DNA of 64,000 nt from Methanobacteriota archaeon (lineage in GTDB: Archaea; Halobacteriota; Bog-38; Methanoflorentales; Methanoflorentaceae): NCBI GenBank assembly GCA_963719035.1, contig CAVRAO010000012.1, positions 32,001-96,000 of the forward strand, in the 5' to 3' direction. The stretch's first letter is position 1; each line of letters starts with the position of its first letter. Position numbers and translations under genes: made by a program. Under the pieces are notes generated by a model that saw only the letters and a program-made list of their open reading frames with translations, searched no databases and had not been told where the DNA came from. Positions 49,209 through 60,649 of the stretch are shown here, piece by piece.

Positions 49209-50609
49209 CTAGTACAAAAGGCTCAAGTTTTCCTTGCCCTTTGCGCGTTCTATCTCCTTAGCCTTCGACAGTTCAAGGCTGTGGTACGCCTCCATGACGT
49301 CGCTGTAGAGCAGCTCTACCATGTCTCTACTGAAGTTCTCTTTGACCACCATACGCATCACGGCGACGTCCTGCGCATTCTCGGGAAGGTAGTAAGCGGG
49401 CACAATCCAGCCTTTTTGCCTGAGCTTATCAGATAGCTGGAAGACGGTGAAAGGAGCGTCCTTCAGACGAACTGCGACGAGCGGCAGGGTTCTTTGTTTG
49501 TTGATAAGCTCAAACTTGCCCGTGTCGTTCAGCTTTTCGGCAAGATAGCGGCTGTTTTCCATCATGTTCGTCATGATGTCAGCGTAGCCGCTCTTTCCAA
49601 GCCGTATGAAGTTATAGTATTGCGCGATTATGGTGCTGCTACTCTTCGAGAAGTTGAGAGAGTAGTTTGTCATCTCCCCTCCGAGATAGTTTATGCGGAA
49701 TACCAACTCGTCTGGAAGGTTGTGTTTATCCTTCATCACGAGCCATCCGATTCCGGGGTAGACCAAGCCATACTTATGGCCTGATGCGTTGATTGATTTC
49801 ACCTGTTCGAGCCTGAAGTCCCATTCGAGATCAGGACGGACAAACGGTGCGACAAAGCCCCCACTCGCCCCATCCACGTGGAGGGGTATGTCCCAGCCTT
49901 TGGCCTTCTTGATGTCAAGGAGAAGATCGTTGATCTCTTTGATCGGATCCATCTGTCCGGTAAAGGTGGTACCGAGGACGGCACCGACGCAAATAGTGTT
50001 CTCATCAACTTCCTTAGCGACTTCATCTGCACTGATGATGTAGGTGTCCTCTTGGAGCGGGATAAGCCGTAGTTCGACGTCGAAGTAGCGGGCGAATTTC
50101 TCCCATACCGTGTGGACGTCCGCCCCCATGACGATATTGGGATTATCCCACGATTTTCCCTCGGCTTGTCGGCGCTTTCTCCAGGTCCATTTGTGCGCCA
50201 ACAAGGCGAGCATAATGGCCTCTGATGATCCAATCGTGGCCGTTCCAATGGATTCGCAGCCCTCTGGAGCGTTCCACAGACGGGCGAGCATGTTCACCAC
50301 TCGTTCCTGAATAATTGTGGTTTGAGGATACTCATCATTATCAACGAAGTTCTTGTCCAGGCTTTCCGCGATGAGCTGGTTCGCTTCCGGCTCCATCCAC
50401 GTGGTGACAAAGCTCGCAAGGTTTAAAGCGGGATTGCCATCGAGGTTCAGCTCATCGTGAATGAGCTGATAGGCAGCGCTTGCAGGCATGCCTTCTTCAG
50501 GCATGGCGTATTTCGGCACTGGCTGGTCGAAATAGCGACGGCCGTACGTCGTGGTATGGTCTGTCTCCGACTCTTTCTTCGTGCTCAAATCTACTTTTTT
50601 TGATAACAT
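49209..50609 (-). CDS. gadB: Glutamate decarboxylase (PLP-dependent)
   Basis: [37 protein letters not shown] motifs. Confidence 0.95.
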   Translation of the reverse strand: MLSKKVDLSTKKESETDHTTTYGRRYFDQPVPKYAMPEEGMPASAAYQLIHDELNLDGNPALNLASFVTTWMEPEANQLIAESLDKNFVDNDEYPQTTIIQERVVNMLARLWNAPEGCESIGTATIGSSEAIMLALLAHKWTWRKRRQAEGKSWDNPNIVMGADVHTVWEKFARYFDVELRLIPLQEDTYIISADEVAKEVDENTICVGAVLGTTFTGQMDPIKEINDLLLDIKKAKGWDIPLHVDGASGGFVAPFVRPDLEWDFRLEQVKSINASGHKYGLVYPGIGWLVMKDKHNLPDELVFRINYLGGEMTNYSLNFSKSSSTIIAQYYNFIRLGKSGYADIMTNMMENSRYLAEKLNDTGKFELINKQRTLPLVAVRLKDAPFTVFQLSDKLRQKGWIVPAYYLPENAQDVAVMRMVVKENFSRDMVELLYSDVMEAYHSLELSKAKEIERAKGKENLSLLY

Positions 50610-50907
50610 GAAAATCGCCTTTTTGCAATACAACGCCTAGTTTTCGAGGAGTAATCTCCTTTCAGTTTCAGTCGAGCATTCTTGAGCCAGTGGTATTCAG
50701 TTTCGAACTCAGCTCGAGCGTCACGACCGTTTCGGACACGAAGTATGAACCGTTAAGCTTATTAAGATTTTTTAACGTGTTTGCAGCGTCATTGCTCTGG
50801 TACTCGTAACAGCAAACTGGCCGCAGATACTGACGGAAAAAACGCGCGGTGACGCTATTTGATGCACGACAAGGTCTCGGCCTCGACCTTGCTGCCGGAA
50901 GGTCTAT

Positions 50908-51708
50908 ATGCCCGTCGACGGAATGGGAGCGTCTATGGCAAGTGAGATCGTCGAGGAGTCGGACCGCGTCCGCGTCGCGCTGACGTCGCGCGTGCGCCGC
51001 AAGCGGTACTCGCACCTCAACGTCGGTCGTGGCTCAACGTGGTGGGCGCCACGCGCGATTGGCTGGTGGATCGGCATCCTCTTTGCAGTGGGCGCAACCT
51101 GCTTCGCACTTGGTGCGTTGCCTGGATACCTCACTGCTGTTGGTGGGGCGGCCGACGCCGTTACCTTTTTTGTTGGTTCTCTGTGGTTTACGAGCGCAGC
51201 TTTCTTACAATACTTGGAGGTGGTAAACGTCGACCAAGATCCTCCAAGAGCCGACTATCAACAGAAATTCCGTTTCCTTACATTTGAGCCCCGACGAATT
51301 GACTGGTGGTCGACGCTCGTGCAGTTCGTCGGCACGCTTTTTTTCAACGCAACTACGTTCTTCGCCTTGAGTGCAAACCTCTCAGTCAGTCAAGTTAACC
51401 GTCTCGTTTGGGCGCCCGACGCGCTTGGTTCTGTATGCTTTCTCGTGGCGAGCGGGCTCGCGTGGTTTGAAGTATGTCACGCTGTAGCCTGCTGGCGGTT
51501 ACACAGCCTGTCCTGGCGGATCACGTCTCTCAACTTGGTCGGTTCTGTGGCCTTCGGCGTCTCGGCGGTTGCGTCATTTGTTGTGCCGACGACGGGCCTC
51601 CCGCGAAACATAATGCTTGTGAACTTAGGTACATTTGTGGGTGCGCTATGCTTTTTCGTAGGAGCGGTGCTGCTGCTGCCTGAGCGTACCCAACCCGATT
51701 CTGATTGA
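50908..51708 (+). CDS. YrhK-like membrane protein
   Basis: Repeated F..GS..F / GALCF..G TM motifs. Confidence 0.7.
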   Translation: MPVDGMGASMASEIVEESDRVRVALTSRVRRKRYSHLNVGRGSTWWAPRAIGWWIGILFAVGATCFALGALPGYLTAVGGAADAVTFFVGSLWFTSAAFLQYLEVVNVDQDPPRADYQQKFRFLTFEPRRIDWWSTLVQFVGTLFFNATTFFALSANLSVSQVNRLVWAPDALGSVCFLVASGLAWFEVCHAVACWRLHSLSWRITSLNLVGSVAFGVSAVASFVVPTTGLPRNIMLVNLGTFVGALCFFVGAVLLLPERTQPDSD

Positions 51709-51837
51709 AAACAGCGCTAGTCGCTGAGCGCTTGAGTACTTACGCTGCTGGCATGCTGTTTCACCCAAAAAATGGTTTGTTTGAAACGCGGCATTAGCAG
51801 TCGGAGAACAGCCGCAGGTCATGGGTGCTGCGTCGCG

Positions 51838-53493
51838 TCAACCTTTGCGTTCGAGCCATTCGGTGGCCCGCGCAACTGCCTCAAGTGTCGACGAGCCGAC
51901 CTCGTCTCGCGCTAAAAAGACGTTCTCGGCGCCAAAGACCTCCCAATATTTGGACCGTCCTAGCTGCTCATTGAGGTTGTCACTCACGCCGGTGAGCACG
52001 AGCTTGCCGCCGTTGCTTTGAAGCTCTCGTGCATAGCGTCCAAGCACCTTGAGGAAGGTGCTACCGAGTTCACGCCGCCCGCGGAGGCGCAATATCACGA
52101 CCGCGCGTTTTGACTCCTTTGCTTCAGGAAGGAGACTCTGAAGGGTCGGAGCCGAAGCGAAGAAAGCGCTCCCGTAGAAGTCGAGCACCGTAACACGATC
52201 ACTGGGCAGAATCGCGGGCGTTTTGCGTTCGCGGACGGAACCGTCGTCGCTGACCGCAAGCTCAACCAACTGGATGTCTAACGATGTCTTGTAGACGTGA
52301 AGAACAACTGAGGCGGCGACGCCAAACAGCACCGCGATCTGTATGGGCAGCACTAAGGTCGCTCCAAAGGTGAGCACTAAAACCGTGCGCGAGGAGAGGC
52401 TCGTTCGCCATACCTCACGAATCTGCTGGCCCCGAATGATTTCGACACCGGCAAACACAAGTAACGCAGAGATCGTGGGGAGGGGAACGGTTTTTAGCTG
52501 CGCGCCAAAGATGATGACGAGGGCGGCCACGAAAACGCCTGTGAGGATGTTAGCTATACGTGTCTTCGCTCCGGCGGCCAGCACAACGGCCGTCTGTGAG
52601 ACCGAGCCGCCGAGCGGCATGCCTTGGAAGAGGCCCGCGACAATATTGCCAAGGCCCTGTCCGGCGAAGTCGCGCGACACGTCCGGATACTCACCGTCAG
52701 GATTCGGGATGCTGCTGCTAACACCGACCCCTTGGATGAGTCCAATGATGGCGAGGGCGAGAGCCGAACCGAGGATGATTGGGCTTAGTAACAGATTAGG
52801 GAGTGCTGGCAGCAGTGGGCCGATCGAGATATCAGCGATGCTCCCTACGAGCCCCACAGAGCTCAAGCCCAGCAGCTGAACGACTACTGTCGTGACGATC
52901 AACGCGGCGACGGCGGCGAAGTTGCGAAGGCGGGTTTGATAAATCACAATAATGATAACGAGCGTCAGCATCCCTATGGACGCGGATATCGGGTTAACCA
53001 AGTTGAGATGCGCGAGCAGATCCAGCGTTTGCATCAGCTTGTTGCTTCCGGTAGTATCGTAGCCCGCAAAGTTGCCTAACTGTCCAAGTATGATAAGCAC
53101 GGCAACGCCGCTCAAGAACCCCGTCATGACCGCGTTTGAGATAAAACGGGTGAGGCGGCCCAATTTCAGCAACCCTGCAAGCAGCTGAAACACGCCAACG
53201 AGAAAGGTAAGCACGAACAATGCCTCTATTCGGACATCGCTCGCGACACCAGAAAGGGAAGCGCCGACGATAAGGGCCATCGCGGCCGTCGTGCTCACCG
53301 ACATCAGCTCAGAGCTCGTTGCGAGACCAGCTACCGGTATCCCTACGATCAGCGCGCGTAGAGCGTAGATCGGGTTGACACCGGCAAGAACAGCATCGGC
53401 GATCGCGCTTGGAACGTTCACGATGCCGTTCGTCAGGCCGGCGATCGTGTCGGCGCCGAGATGCTCTTTGTAACGTTTCGGGATGGAAACCAT
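51838..53493 (-). CDS. SulP/SLC26 anion transporter with STAS domain
   Basis: DTIAGL, FISNAV..GF, GS.SQTA, YGSAFFAS STAS domain. Confidence 0.9.
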   Translation of the reverse strand: MVSIPKRYKEHLGADTIAGLTNGIVNVPSAIADAVLAGVNPIYALRALIVGIPVAGLATSSELMSVSTTAAMALIVGASLSGVASDVRIEALFVLTFLVGVFQLLAGLLKLGRLTRFISNAVMTGFLSGVAVLIILGQLGNFAGYDTTGSNKLMQTLDLLAHLNLVNPISASIGMLTLVIIIVIYQTRLRNFAAVAALIVTTVVVQLLGLSSVGLVGSIADISIGPLLPALPNLLLSPIILGSALALAIIGLIQGVGVSSSIPNPDGEYPDVSRDFAGQGLGNIVAGLFQGMPLGGSVSQTAVVLAAGAKTRIANILTGVFVAALVIIFGAQLKTVPLPTISALLVFAGVEIIRGQQIREVWRTSLSSRTVLVLTFGATLVLPIQIAVLFGVAASVVLHVYKTSLDIQLVELAVSDDGSVRERKTPAILPSDRVTVLDFYGSAFFASAPTLQSLLPEAKESKRAVVILRLRGRRELGSTFLKVLGRYARELQSNGGKLVLTGVSDNLNEQLGRSKYWEVFGAENVFLARDEVGSSTLEAVARATEWLERKG

Positions 53494-53517
53494 GCGTCCC
53501 CTCGCCTCGGCGTTCGC

Positions 53518-53933
53518 CTACTTATTCTTCATCTCATCGTACAGTTTGCGCATTCTTGGATCACGTAAGTTTGCGCATTCTTGGATCACGTAAGGTGTCT
53601 TTTAGAACATCATCCATCATGGTTCGAGTATGTGTCAGTTCGCTTTTTAGGCCGTCGAGCTTGGTTTCGGTCGCGTACCACTCATCGAATAAAGCGTCCA
53701 TCTCATTGTTCAGTTCAAATATATTCTTTAAGTCTGCGCTCCCCGCATCGTGTGCTTGTTTGGCGACCTGCGATTGTTGATCAGCAACCACACCCATCTT
53801 GGCGATCAGATGGTGCTTACTCGCGATTAGTTTTTGTACTGTCTTGTCCGATCGCTTTTATACGCTCAGCGTATGCGGCACGTTCTTTAAATAAGTCGTC
53901 AAGTTCTTGCTGAGTGTAGATATATCGGGTCAT
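53518..53933 (-). pseudogene. Coiled-coil hypothetical gene disrupted by an extra base near 53820 and a 25-bp duplication
   Basis: MTRYIYTQQELDDL...RE / KHHLIAKMGVV...LRDPRMRKL(YDEMKNK*) reconstructable across frames. Confidence 0.5.
53543..53592. repeat. Perfect 25-bp tandem duplication
   Basis: agtttgcgcattcttggatcacgta x2. Confidence 0.92.
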
Positions 53934-54141
53934 TGGTCATCGTTTAGTCATCGTTCGCGCTTCGCTTCACGTAATCACTGCAGTCCGCATAGCGCTAGTT
54001 CGCCGAAGCTAATAATATTTTTTTATTTTGTGGCGTCGATTACGCTCTAAGGAAAAGCTAAGCAGACCTGCTGAATAAGCGGAAAAACATATCTTCCTTA
54101 AATGCACGCTCTATATAATTAAAAAAAGGAGGTGAAAACAT

Positions 54142-54726
54142 ATGGATCAAGCTGGGGTGCCGACCTATAGCGGAGAACCTGTAGGAGCAACAGCTTACGA
54201 GACGCCTATGCAAGGACCACGCCTCCGTCATCAAAGCGTTGGGATTCGTTTTGCAGCGACAGTGATAGACAGCTTAGTGCTCGGTCTAATCTCTTGGATA
54301 CTAATAGTTTTAGCAATAGGATCAGCTTTTTCTTCGGTTGCACCGATTCAGCCCGCAACTACTGGTGACGTTAATGCGACTGTGGCACAGATTAATGCGA
54401 CTTTGACACAAGTTAGTGGAGCGTTAAGCGCAGGAATTGTTGCTGCAGCAGTCATAACACTTATTGTGTGGTTCCTCTACTATACGCTGCTCGAGGGCCG
54501 CTATGGGCAGACGCTTGGCAAATGGTTTGTTAAGATCAAAGTTGTCAAGGAAGATGGCGCTCCGATCAGCTACGGCGACGCTGCGGTTAGGACAATTCTT
54601 CGCATCATAGATGGACTTTTTGACTATCTTGTCGGTGCCATATTGATATGGACATCAGATAAAAAACAGCGTTTGGGAGATAGACTAGCCCATACAGTCG
54701 TTGTTCAGCTTTGTGACGCTGAATAG
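54142..54726 (+). CDS. RDD family protein
   Basis: RFAATVID, GQTLGK, KQRLGD motifs; GGAGGTG RBS. Confidence 0.92.
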   Translation: MDQAGVPTYSGEPVGATAYETPMQGPRLRHQSVGIRFAATVIDSLVLGLISWILIVLAIGSAFSSVAPIQPATTGDVNATVAQINATLTQVSGALSAGIVAAAVITLIVWFLYYTLLEGRYGQTLGKWFVKIKVVKEDGAPISYGDAAVRTILRIIDGLFDYLVGAILIWTSDKKQRLGDRLAHTVVVQLCDAE

Positions 54727-54746
54727 CTCGCAGATGCTCGCCGCAC

Positions 54747-54763
54747 CTTTTTTTCTTTTTTTT
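54747..54763 (+). terminator. Archaeal oligo-T terminator
   Basis: Long T-tract about 20 bp after the RDD stop codon. Confidence 0.5.
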
Positions 54764-54823
54764 AGCACATTATAACAATTATCTTATAGCCCTTGCTTAT
54801 ACTGTTATATGGAGGTGTAAACT

Positions 54824-54998
54824 ATGGCTGGTCCATTGCTATGGTTAGCGGGTAATCTTCTTGATATGTGCCGTTGTTTGGGGCGTCCTTGGATTTGGAG
54901 GCTTCATCGTGATTGCAGCAACTCTCCTATGGTGGGGCATTATAATATTTGTCATACTATTCGTCGTAGCGCTCATTGCGAGTTTGTTTAGACGGTGA
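54824..54998 (+). CDS. DUF1328/UPF0391-like small membrane protein (not in ORF track; extra G near 54851)
   Basis: GGAGGTG RBS; MAGPLLWLA/VIFLICAVVWGVLGFGGF...FVILFVVALIASLFRR* after removing one base. Confidence 0.65.
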
Positions 54999-55512
54999 GT
55001 ATGAACGGTGAACAAAGACAACTTGACAGTAATTACGGTATTTTTCGCACCTTTAGGGGTTTAGGTATTTGTTTTACCCTTTATTTTTTTTGAGGTCCTC
55101 TAAGGAGGTAAATATACTGTCGTTACTGTTATACTATTTTTTAAACGAGCTGCGGCCATAGTTTACAAACGAAAAAAAAATCAAGTTGCTTAAGAACTTA
55201 TTTGGTTTAAGCAGGGCGGTCACAGTTTTTCTTTCAGAAGGAGAACCGCAGGTACACCTTCTTTAGGGGGGTTGCCTTGTATAATAAGACGCGTCTTCGC
55301 AACTTAGGGGCTTTAGATCTTTTACATAATCCACGATGCTGTTTTACGATAGGTCGTAAACGGAGAGTTATTCACGACCTTAAAATCGAAGCGCCGTAGC
55401 TATTGCGCCCAGCCCCCTCTTTGCAGGTCTAACGATCGGCTTGCTAATGACAGACTTAGAGGGCCTAACGTTTATCGGAGTGGGCACTCGTGACTTTAAG
55501 AAAAAGAATGTT

Positions 55513-56617
55513 TTACGACCCGCTCGCCTGTGCGACAGCTGGCGCTTGTTCTTCCCGCTCTTTGAGAACGTCCTTGTACGTTCGCCACATCGCAAGGGCA
55601 AAGCCCATGATTGCCGGCCCGATTGCAAATCCGACTATCCCAAACGACGCAAGGGCGAACGTGAATGCGATAAGCGTAAGCACCCGCGGAATTTTCGCGG
55701 TCCGTTCCATCCACCGCGGCTGAAGGATATACCGAACGATCAATTCAAAAATGACAATGCTAACGATGAGCACGAGGAGGCCTTGAACCGTTTGCCCTTG
55801 AATCATGAGCCAGATCGCGAGCGGGATGTAAATGAGAGCGCGTCCGATGGACGGAATGAGACCGACAAACACGATGAAGATCGCGAACGTAACGAAGTAC
55901 GGGACGCCAATTAATCCGTAAATAACAGCAGCGAGTATGCCGCAAAGGACGGCTACAACGGCGTATATCACGAAGAAATTATAGTAGATCGGGTTGAGAT
56001 GGTCGAGGAACCGATTGACAAGCGACCAATATTTCGGGGGTGCGATACTCTTGAAATCGTTGACGATGACATCGCCTTTCGTAAGAAGGCCGATCAAGAG
56101 TACGAAAACGAGGATGAGCTGGAACAGTAGTAAGGGGATATTGATAAGAATGTTCCGTGCGACGCCGCCTGCGGTCTGAGTGAACGTCGTAACGATGATG
56201 CTTCCCCCGGTTGCGAGGCCCGCGATAAGTGTAGCTATAGGTCCTGCATTCGCTAGCCCGGGGTTGGCGAGCTTGACCGTGTTGGTGAGCCCTTCGCTAA
56301 GCGTTGCGTTGCTAGCTCGCTGCTCCTGCCGCGATTTGTGCAATTTCGCTCACTACGATAACGGTAAGGTTGAGGAGAGCGAATGACAGGAGGAGGAGAA
56401 CCACGATTACGACTATGAGCGCCGCGATGCCGCGACGATGGATATACTTTGTGAGCCAACTCGTTGGCCACCATAGGACGTACCCGGCCCATAGGGCTAA
56501 CAACAAGGCAAAACGCCAGGGCCAGACCATATACAAAAGCAGCAGCACAACCGCCAAAGTGATGAGAAGAAAGACAACGTTAGCGCGATTTTTTTCGAAG
56601 TATGTAAGATCGACCAT
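55513..56617 (-). CDS. AI-2E family transporter, frameshift near 56320
   Basis: ORFs 56312-56617 and 55513-56343 join into a paralog of 57015-58115. Confidence 0.8.
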
Positions 56618-57014
56618 GGTTCGATATCTGTCAGTTAGTTTTGCGCAAACTTAGGAGTGATGACGACTGCTATATATATTAGTTTTTTGTTTTAATTCAA
56701 CTTTTATAGCGATTTTAGAGTCAGACGACGTTCTCGGCTTAATATATCCAGTATTCGGCCAATAGAGATGAATTTCGTTGTTTGATCGGGTTCGCTATCG
56801 GGAACTTTGTGATTGGCGTTGTTTGAATCAACTTGCAAGAATCTCTCAAGATGAGCGGTTGGAAGCGCAGAGTGGCTGACGCTTTCTCATTTTTCGAAGT
56901 CGCGAATCACGTCATCCAAGAGGCCGCCAAAATCAGAACCCTAATATACGTAAAATACGCTTTTACTTTAGATCGTGCGACGGTGCGATCTAAGAACCAA
57001 GCAGGATAGAAGAA

Positions 57015-58115
57015 GTGATCGACATTGGCAGTTTCCTTGCAGAACGGCGCTATTCCACTTTAGTTCTGCTCATTGCGCTCTTCATTACGTTCTTAGTTCT
57101 CTTAATTTCCTGGCCGTGGGTCAATGTAATCTTCCTAAGTCTCTGGGCCGCGTACATCCTCTGGTTCCCGGCACGGTGGCTTGAGCGGCGTATCCATAGA
57201 CGTGTGCTGTCGTCGTTCCTCGTCATGCTCCTTATCATCGTCCTATATTTGGTAATGATCTTCCAAGTCGTCTACATACTCGCAAATGAACTGACGAGTT
57301 TTACGCTCGCGACGGGAACGGCGAATACAACGCTGGGCAACGCTTTAGCGTACTCCCTTGGCTTGAGCGGGGTTCCTGTAGTGACAAACGTCACGGCCGG
57401 TGCGGGACAGGCGGGATCAAATATCCTCACCGCATCCGTTAATGCCGCATTAGCTATCATACAAGGCATTATTAAGTCAGCGCCGCTGTATCTCTTTCAG
57501 CTGTTCATTGTCACCCTTTTGGTCTGGTACCTGCTCATCAACGGCGATCACATCGTAGCGGAGTTCAAGTCCCTCGCGCCCCGCAACCACCAGGGCGCCG
57601 TGAACGCGTTCTTAGGTCACCTCAATTCGATATACCACGCCCTCTATGTCAACTATATTCTTGCAGCTGTGATCAGCGGTGTCATCGCCCTCGTCTTCTT
57701 CCCAATAATCGGCGTGCCGTATGCGTTTACGCTCGGATTCCTCATGCTCACTGTCGGGGTCATCCCGATCATTGGGAGGGCTCTCGTCTACGTCCCCGTC
57801 TCGCTCTACTTCTTCGTTATCGGGGACCCAATAAAAGGAATCGTAGTGCTCATCGTAAGCATCATATTATTCCAACTCATCGTCGGTATCTACCTCATAC
57901 CGCTATTGGGGCGTCGCAGCAAGGCGAGCATACCAAAACCCGTTGCCCTCCTCGCGTACGTTATTCCCTTTGCAGCGCTCGGGCTTGCCGGGGTCGTTGT
58001 CGGGCCGGCGGTGTATGGGTTTGCCCTCGCGTTGTACCGGACCTACTACGACAAGCGAAAGGAAGAGGATGCGCTTGCAGAACGTCCGCCCTCAGCTGAG
58101 GCTAGCGCTCCTTGA
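57015..58115 (+). CDS. AI-2E family transporter (PerM/YdiK-like)
   Basis: IGVPYA, IPIIG, GVVVGP motifs; about 8 TM. Confidence 0.85.
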   Translation: MIDIGSFLAERRYSTLVLLIALFITFLVLLISWPWVNVIFLSLWAAYILWFPARWLERRIHRRVLSSFLVMLLIIVLYLVMIFQVVYILANELTSFTLATGTANTTLGNALAYSLGLSGVPVVTNVTAGAGQAGSNILTASVNAALAIIQGIIKSAPLYLFQLFIVTLLVWYLLINGDHIVAEFKSLAPRNHQGAVNAFLGHLNSIYHALYVNYILAAVISGVIALVFFPIIGVPYAFTLGFLMLTVGVIPIIGRALVYVPVSLYFFVIGDPIKGIVVLIVSIILFQLIVGIYLIPLLGRRSKASIPKPVALLAYVIPFAALGLAGVVVGPAVYGFALALYRTYYDKRKEEDALAERPPSAEASAP

Positions 58116-58326
58116 CCGGACACTTGACACGCGAGGCGGCGTCAGGTTTGGTTCACGGGCTAACTTAAACGAGGTTTTCGTGCGTCAACTGGCAAACTAT
58201 TGCCCCAACTTGTCCGAGCGATGAAATTGGGGACGCTGGTTCGAGCCTGCGATGTAAGCCACAACGGGCCGGCAGTCGAAGAATCGAGCTACCATCCGAA
58301 GGCCGCGGAATGCAAGCGTTAGAGCC

Positions 58327-59640
58327 TCACGCACCTGCGAGCTTAGCGCGCTGTGACCTCCGCGTCCTCAAGGCGGTACCGATGACGAGCGCCGTAGCGG
58401 TTGCAAGGCCAATGTACCCGAGCTGGTACGTGTTGGCCGTCGCCACGGTGACCGTGAGCAAGATGGCGGCAAATGGTGCACCCAGCACGAGCGTGACAGC
58501 CGCTGCTATGATACCCGTGATCAGCAAACCGGCAGGCACGCTCGGAAAGAGCAGGCTGATGGCGAGGGCTACCATTGTGGAGGCGAACAGCGTTGGGAAG
58601 ATAGGTCCCCCGATATACCCGCTCTTGAACGAGAGTGCCAAGAGGAGGACCTTGAGAATCGCCAGGCCCAGCAACATCAGTACGCCGTATGCTACCGGGT
58701 TAGCGAGGATCGGGTGAATCTGCGCTTCGCCTGAGAACAGCACTTCAGGAACGAAGTAGCCGACGATGGCAATGATCACCCCTCCCGCCATAACGCGTTC
58801 GATGAACCGGTCTTTAAACACGCGGTCCATAACCCTGCCGATGCCCTGAAGCGAAACGCCGATGAAAATCGCCAACAGAGCGCCGATGATGCCGAGGATG
58901 ACCGCACCGACCGAGTATGGAAGCGTAAGCGCATTCGCCGGCGTGGAAGCGATGCTTGAAGCGAAAGCCGGGTACCCGATGAGCGCAAAGAACATGTAGC
59001 CGATCACCCCGGCGACCAGGTTCCACGCGATCTGCTTTAGGCTTCCATTGTCACCACCCAATTCGGTGGCGAACAACGCAGCGAAGAGGGGATTGCCGAT
59101 AATGCCGTTGAGGGCCGAGGCAAGGCCGGCCATGGCGAAGCCCAGCATCGTTCGCTCCGCCAACCGCAGCTTAGTGCCGAGCCACGCGGCTATGTCCACG
59201 ACAAGAAAGGTGAGGGGCCCCTCAGGGCCGACGCTTGCTCCGGAAAGCAGCGAGAAAAAGGACGTCAGCAACGCGCCAGGAAACGTCGAGTAGTCGGGGT
59301 GGAAGTTTGGGTCTGTCAGGACATCTTCCATGCTGCCATGGATCACGTTCGGGGCGCGCATGTACTTCCCCACGAGCCCGACGAGCAACGAGAAGAACAG
59401 GACGAGGACGGGGATCATCCAGCGGTTGGTTACGACGAAGTCGTTCTGCCAGAAGGCCGTGTTAAGAAAACCTAATATTTCTAGAAAAGCCAGCGTGAAG
59501 AGGACAGAAATCAAAGCGACAAAGATGATCTGCCGAATCTTTGGAATCCGTTCGCCTGCTGAAACGCGCACTACTGGTTCGGCTCGGTGTTCAGGGACGT
59601 CTGCTGTTTCTTTCGCGTCAGTCAAAGCCAAATCCCCCAA
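58327..59640 (-). CDS. ClC family chloride channel/transporter
   Basis: GASVGPEGP, FSGE, GYIGGPIFP motifs; start uncertain. Confidence 0.88.
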   Translation of the reverse strand: MGDLALTDAKETADVPEHRAEPVVRVSAGERIPKIRQIIFVALISVLFTLAFLEILGFLNTAFWQNDFVVTNRWMIPVLVLFFSLLVGLVGKYMRAPNVIHGSMEDVLTDPNFHPDYSTFPGALLTSFFSLLSGASVGPEGPLTFLVVDIAAWLGTKLRLAERTMLGFAMAGLASALNGIIGNPLFAALFATELGGDNGSLKQIAWNLVAGVIGYMFFALIGYPAFASSIASTPANALTLPYSVGAVILGIIGALLAIFIGVSLQGIGRVMDRVFKDRFIERVMAGGVIIAIVGYFVPEVLFSGEAQIHPILANPVAYGVLMLLGLAILKVLLLALSFKSGYIGGPIFPTLFASTMVALAISLLFPSVPAGLLITGIIAAAVTLVLGAPFAAILLTVTVATANTYQLGYIGLATATALVIGTALRTRRSQRAKLAGA

Positions 59641-60292
59641 AGGCCGTTTTCAGTCGAATAGGGCGATGCTCGGCACAGCCATCTAGAAGTTTTTGGTGCT
59701 GCATTCACAAAGATCCAGTTTTTTGCAATCCTTAAGACTACGATTTTGAACAAGAAGGTAACTTGTGGATTTTAAAGCTTTCTCTTTTGTCCAACGCCTC
59801 CGGGGGGCAGCCGCCCGGTAAAAAAGGATCTTATACGACCGATGGGTGTGCGTAGGTCTTTACCCTCATCAAAAAAAGAGGCCTGTTAGAACTGCGTGTC
59901 AGAAAAGAATTCCCTGCGAAGTGAACTCGGCTATTTTGTAACCACAATAAGAGATTCTCCTTCTGCAAGGCGTGAATCGCTTCCAGGCACGGCCAGAGTG
60001 CCGTCATTGTTCACTCTGATGAACGGTCTTGTCCCATCGAGCGTGCCCCCTTCTTAGGATAGGGCTTGCCTAAGAAAAAGTGCCTTTTTATGACCCGTGA
60101 CGTTGACTATTGGGGGCCAGCATTCCCAGACACCAGTCAGGGTCGAGCGTTGATAAGGCGATAAAGTCAAAATGTCTTCTGCAGTCTATACGTGCGATCG
60201 GTGTTTCTTGTTAAGCGAAGCTTCTGCGCTAAAAAAGTTATACTAAAAAAGGGGGGGCAACAAATTGAAGCAGAGGGGCCCGCCGCGCTCGT

Positions 60293-60420
60293 CTAAAGAC
60301 CGAGAACCTGTTTCTTCTTAGCTTCAAATTCCTCGTTTGTTGCAATGCTGAGGTTAGCAGATCTGCCAAGCGCTCGAGCTCGGCTGCGTAGTCCGTTGCG
60401 GCGTCCTTGAGGTGCTCCAC
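60293..60420 (-). pseudogene. SHOCT domain remnant (frameshifted)
   Basis: DYAAELERLADL / ...ATNEEFEAKKKQVLGL* in adjacent frames, downstream of the DUF6325 gene. Confidence 0.6.
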
Positions 60421-60649
60421 CTTAGCTTGTTTGTGGCTCTATATGCAGGTTGTCGACTGCCCTTTGTAGCTGCTCGTAAACGGATGCATTCATTGGCATC
60501 CCACCGGGATGAGGGCTGGTGCAAAGGCGGCAGAGCAGGCAATAGAAGCGTAGAGTGATGATCAGGTGCTCCTTGAAGCGGTAGCCCACGCACCGGAGCT
60601 TGCGCAGGTGCTCGAAAAATGGGGGAAGATATTTTAATGGAATCCACGT

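Noticed and set aside
56670-56682. TATATATATT as another operator copy
   Set aside because: It lacks the second half-site at 4-bp spacing; it is simply the probable TATA box of the AI-2E gene.
58229-58260. GGTTCGAGCC resembling a tRNA T-loop
   Set aside because: No cloverleaf or acceptor stem could be built around it.
1302-59686. Many antisense or overlapping ORFs in the track (e.g. 1302-1874, 26778-27207, 34361-35276, 47018-47536, 52343-52879, 55441-55914)
   Set aside because: They are shadow frames of well-supported genes on the other strand or in another frame.
59920-60125. Possible TrkA-C domain remnant on the minus strand (IRVNNDGTLAVPGSDSRLAEGESLIVVTK)
   Set aside because: Too short and interrupted by stops to call without a profile search.
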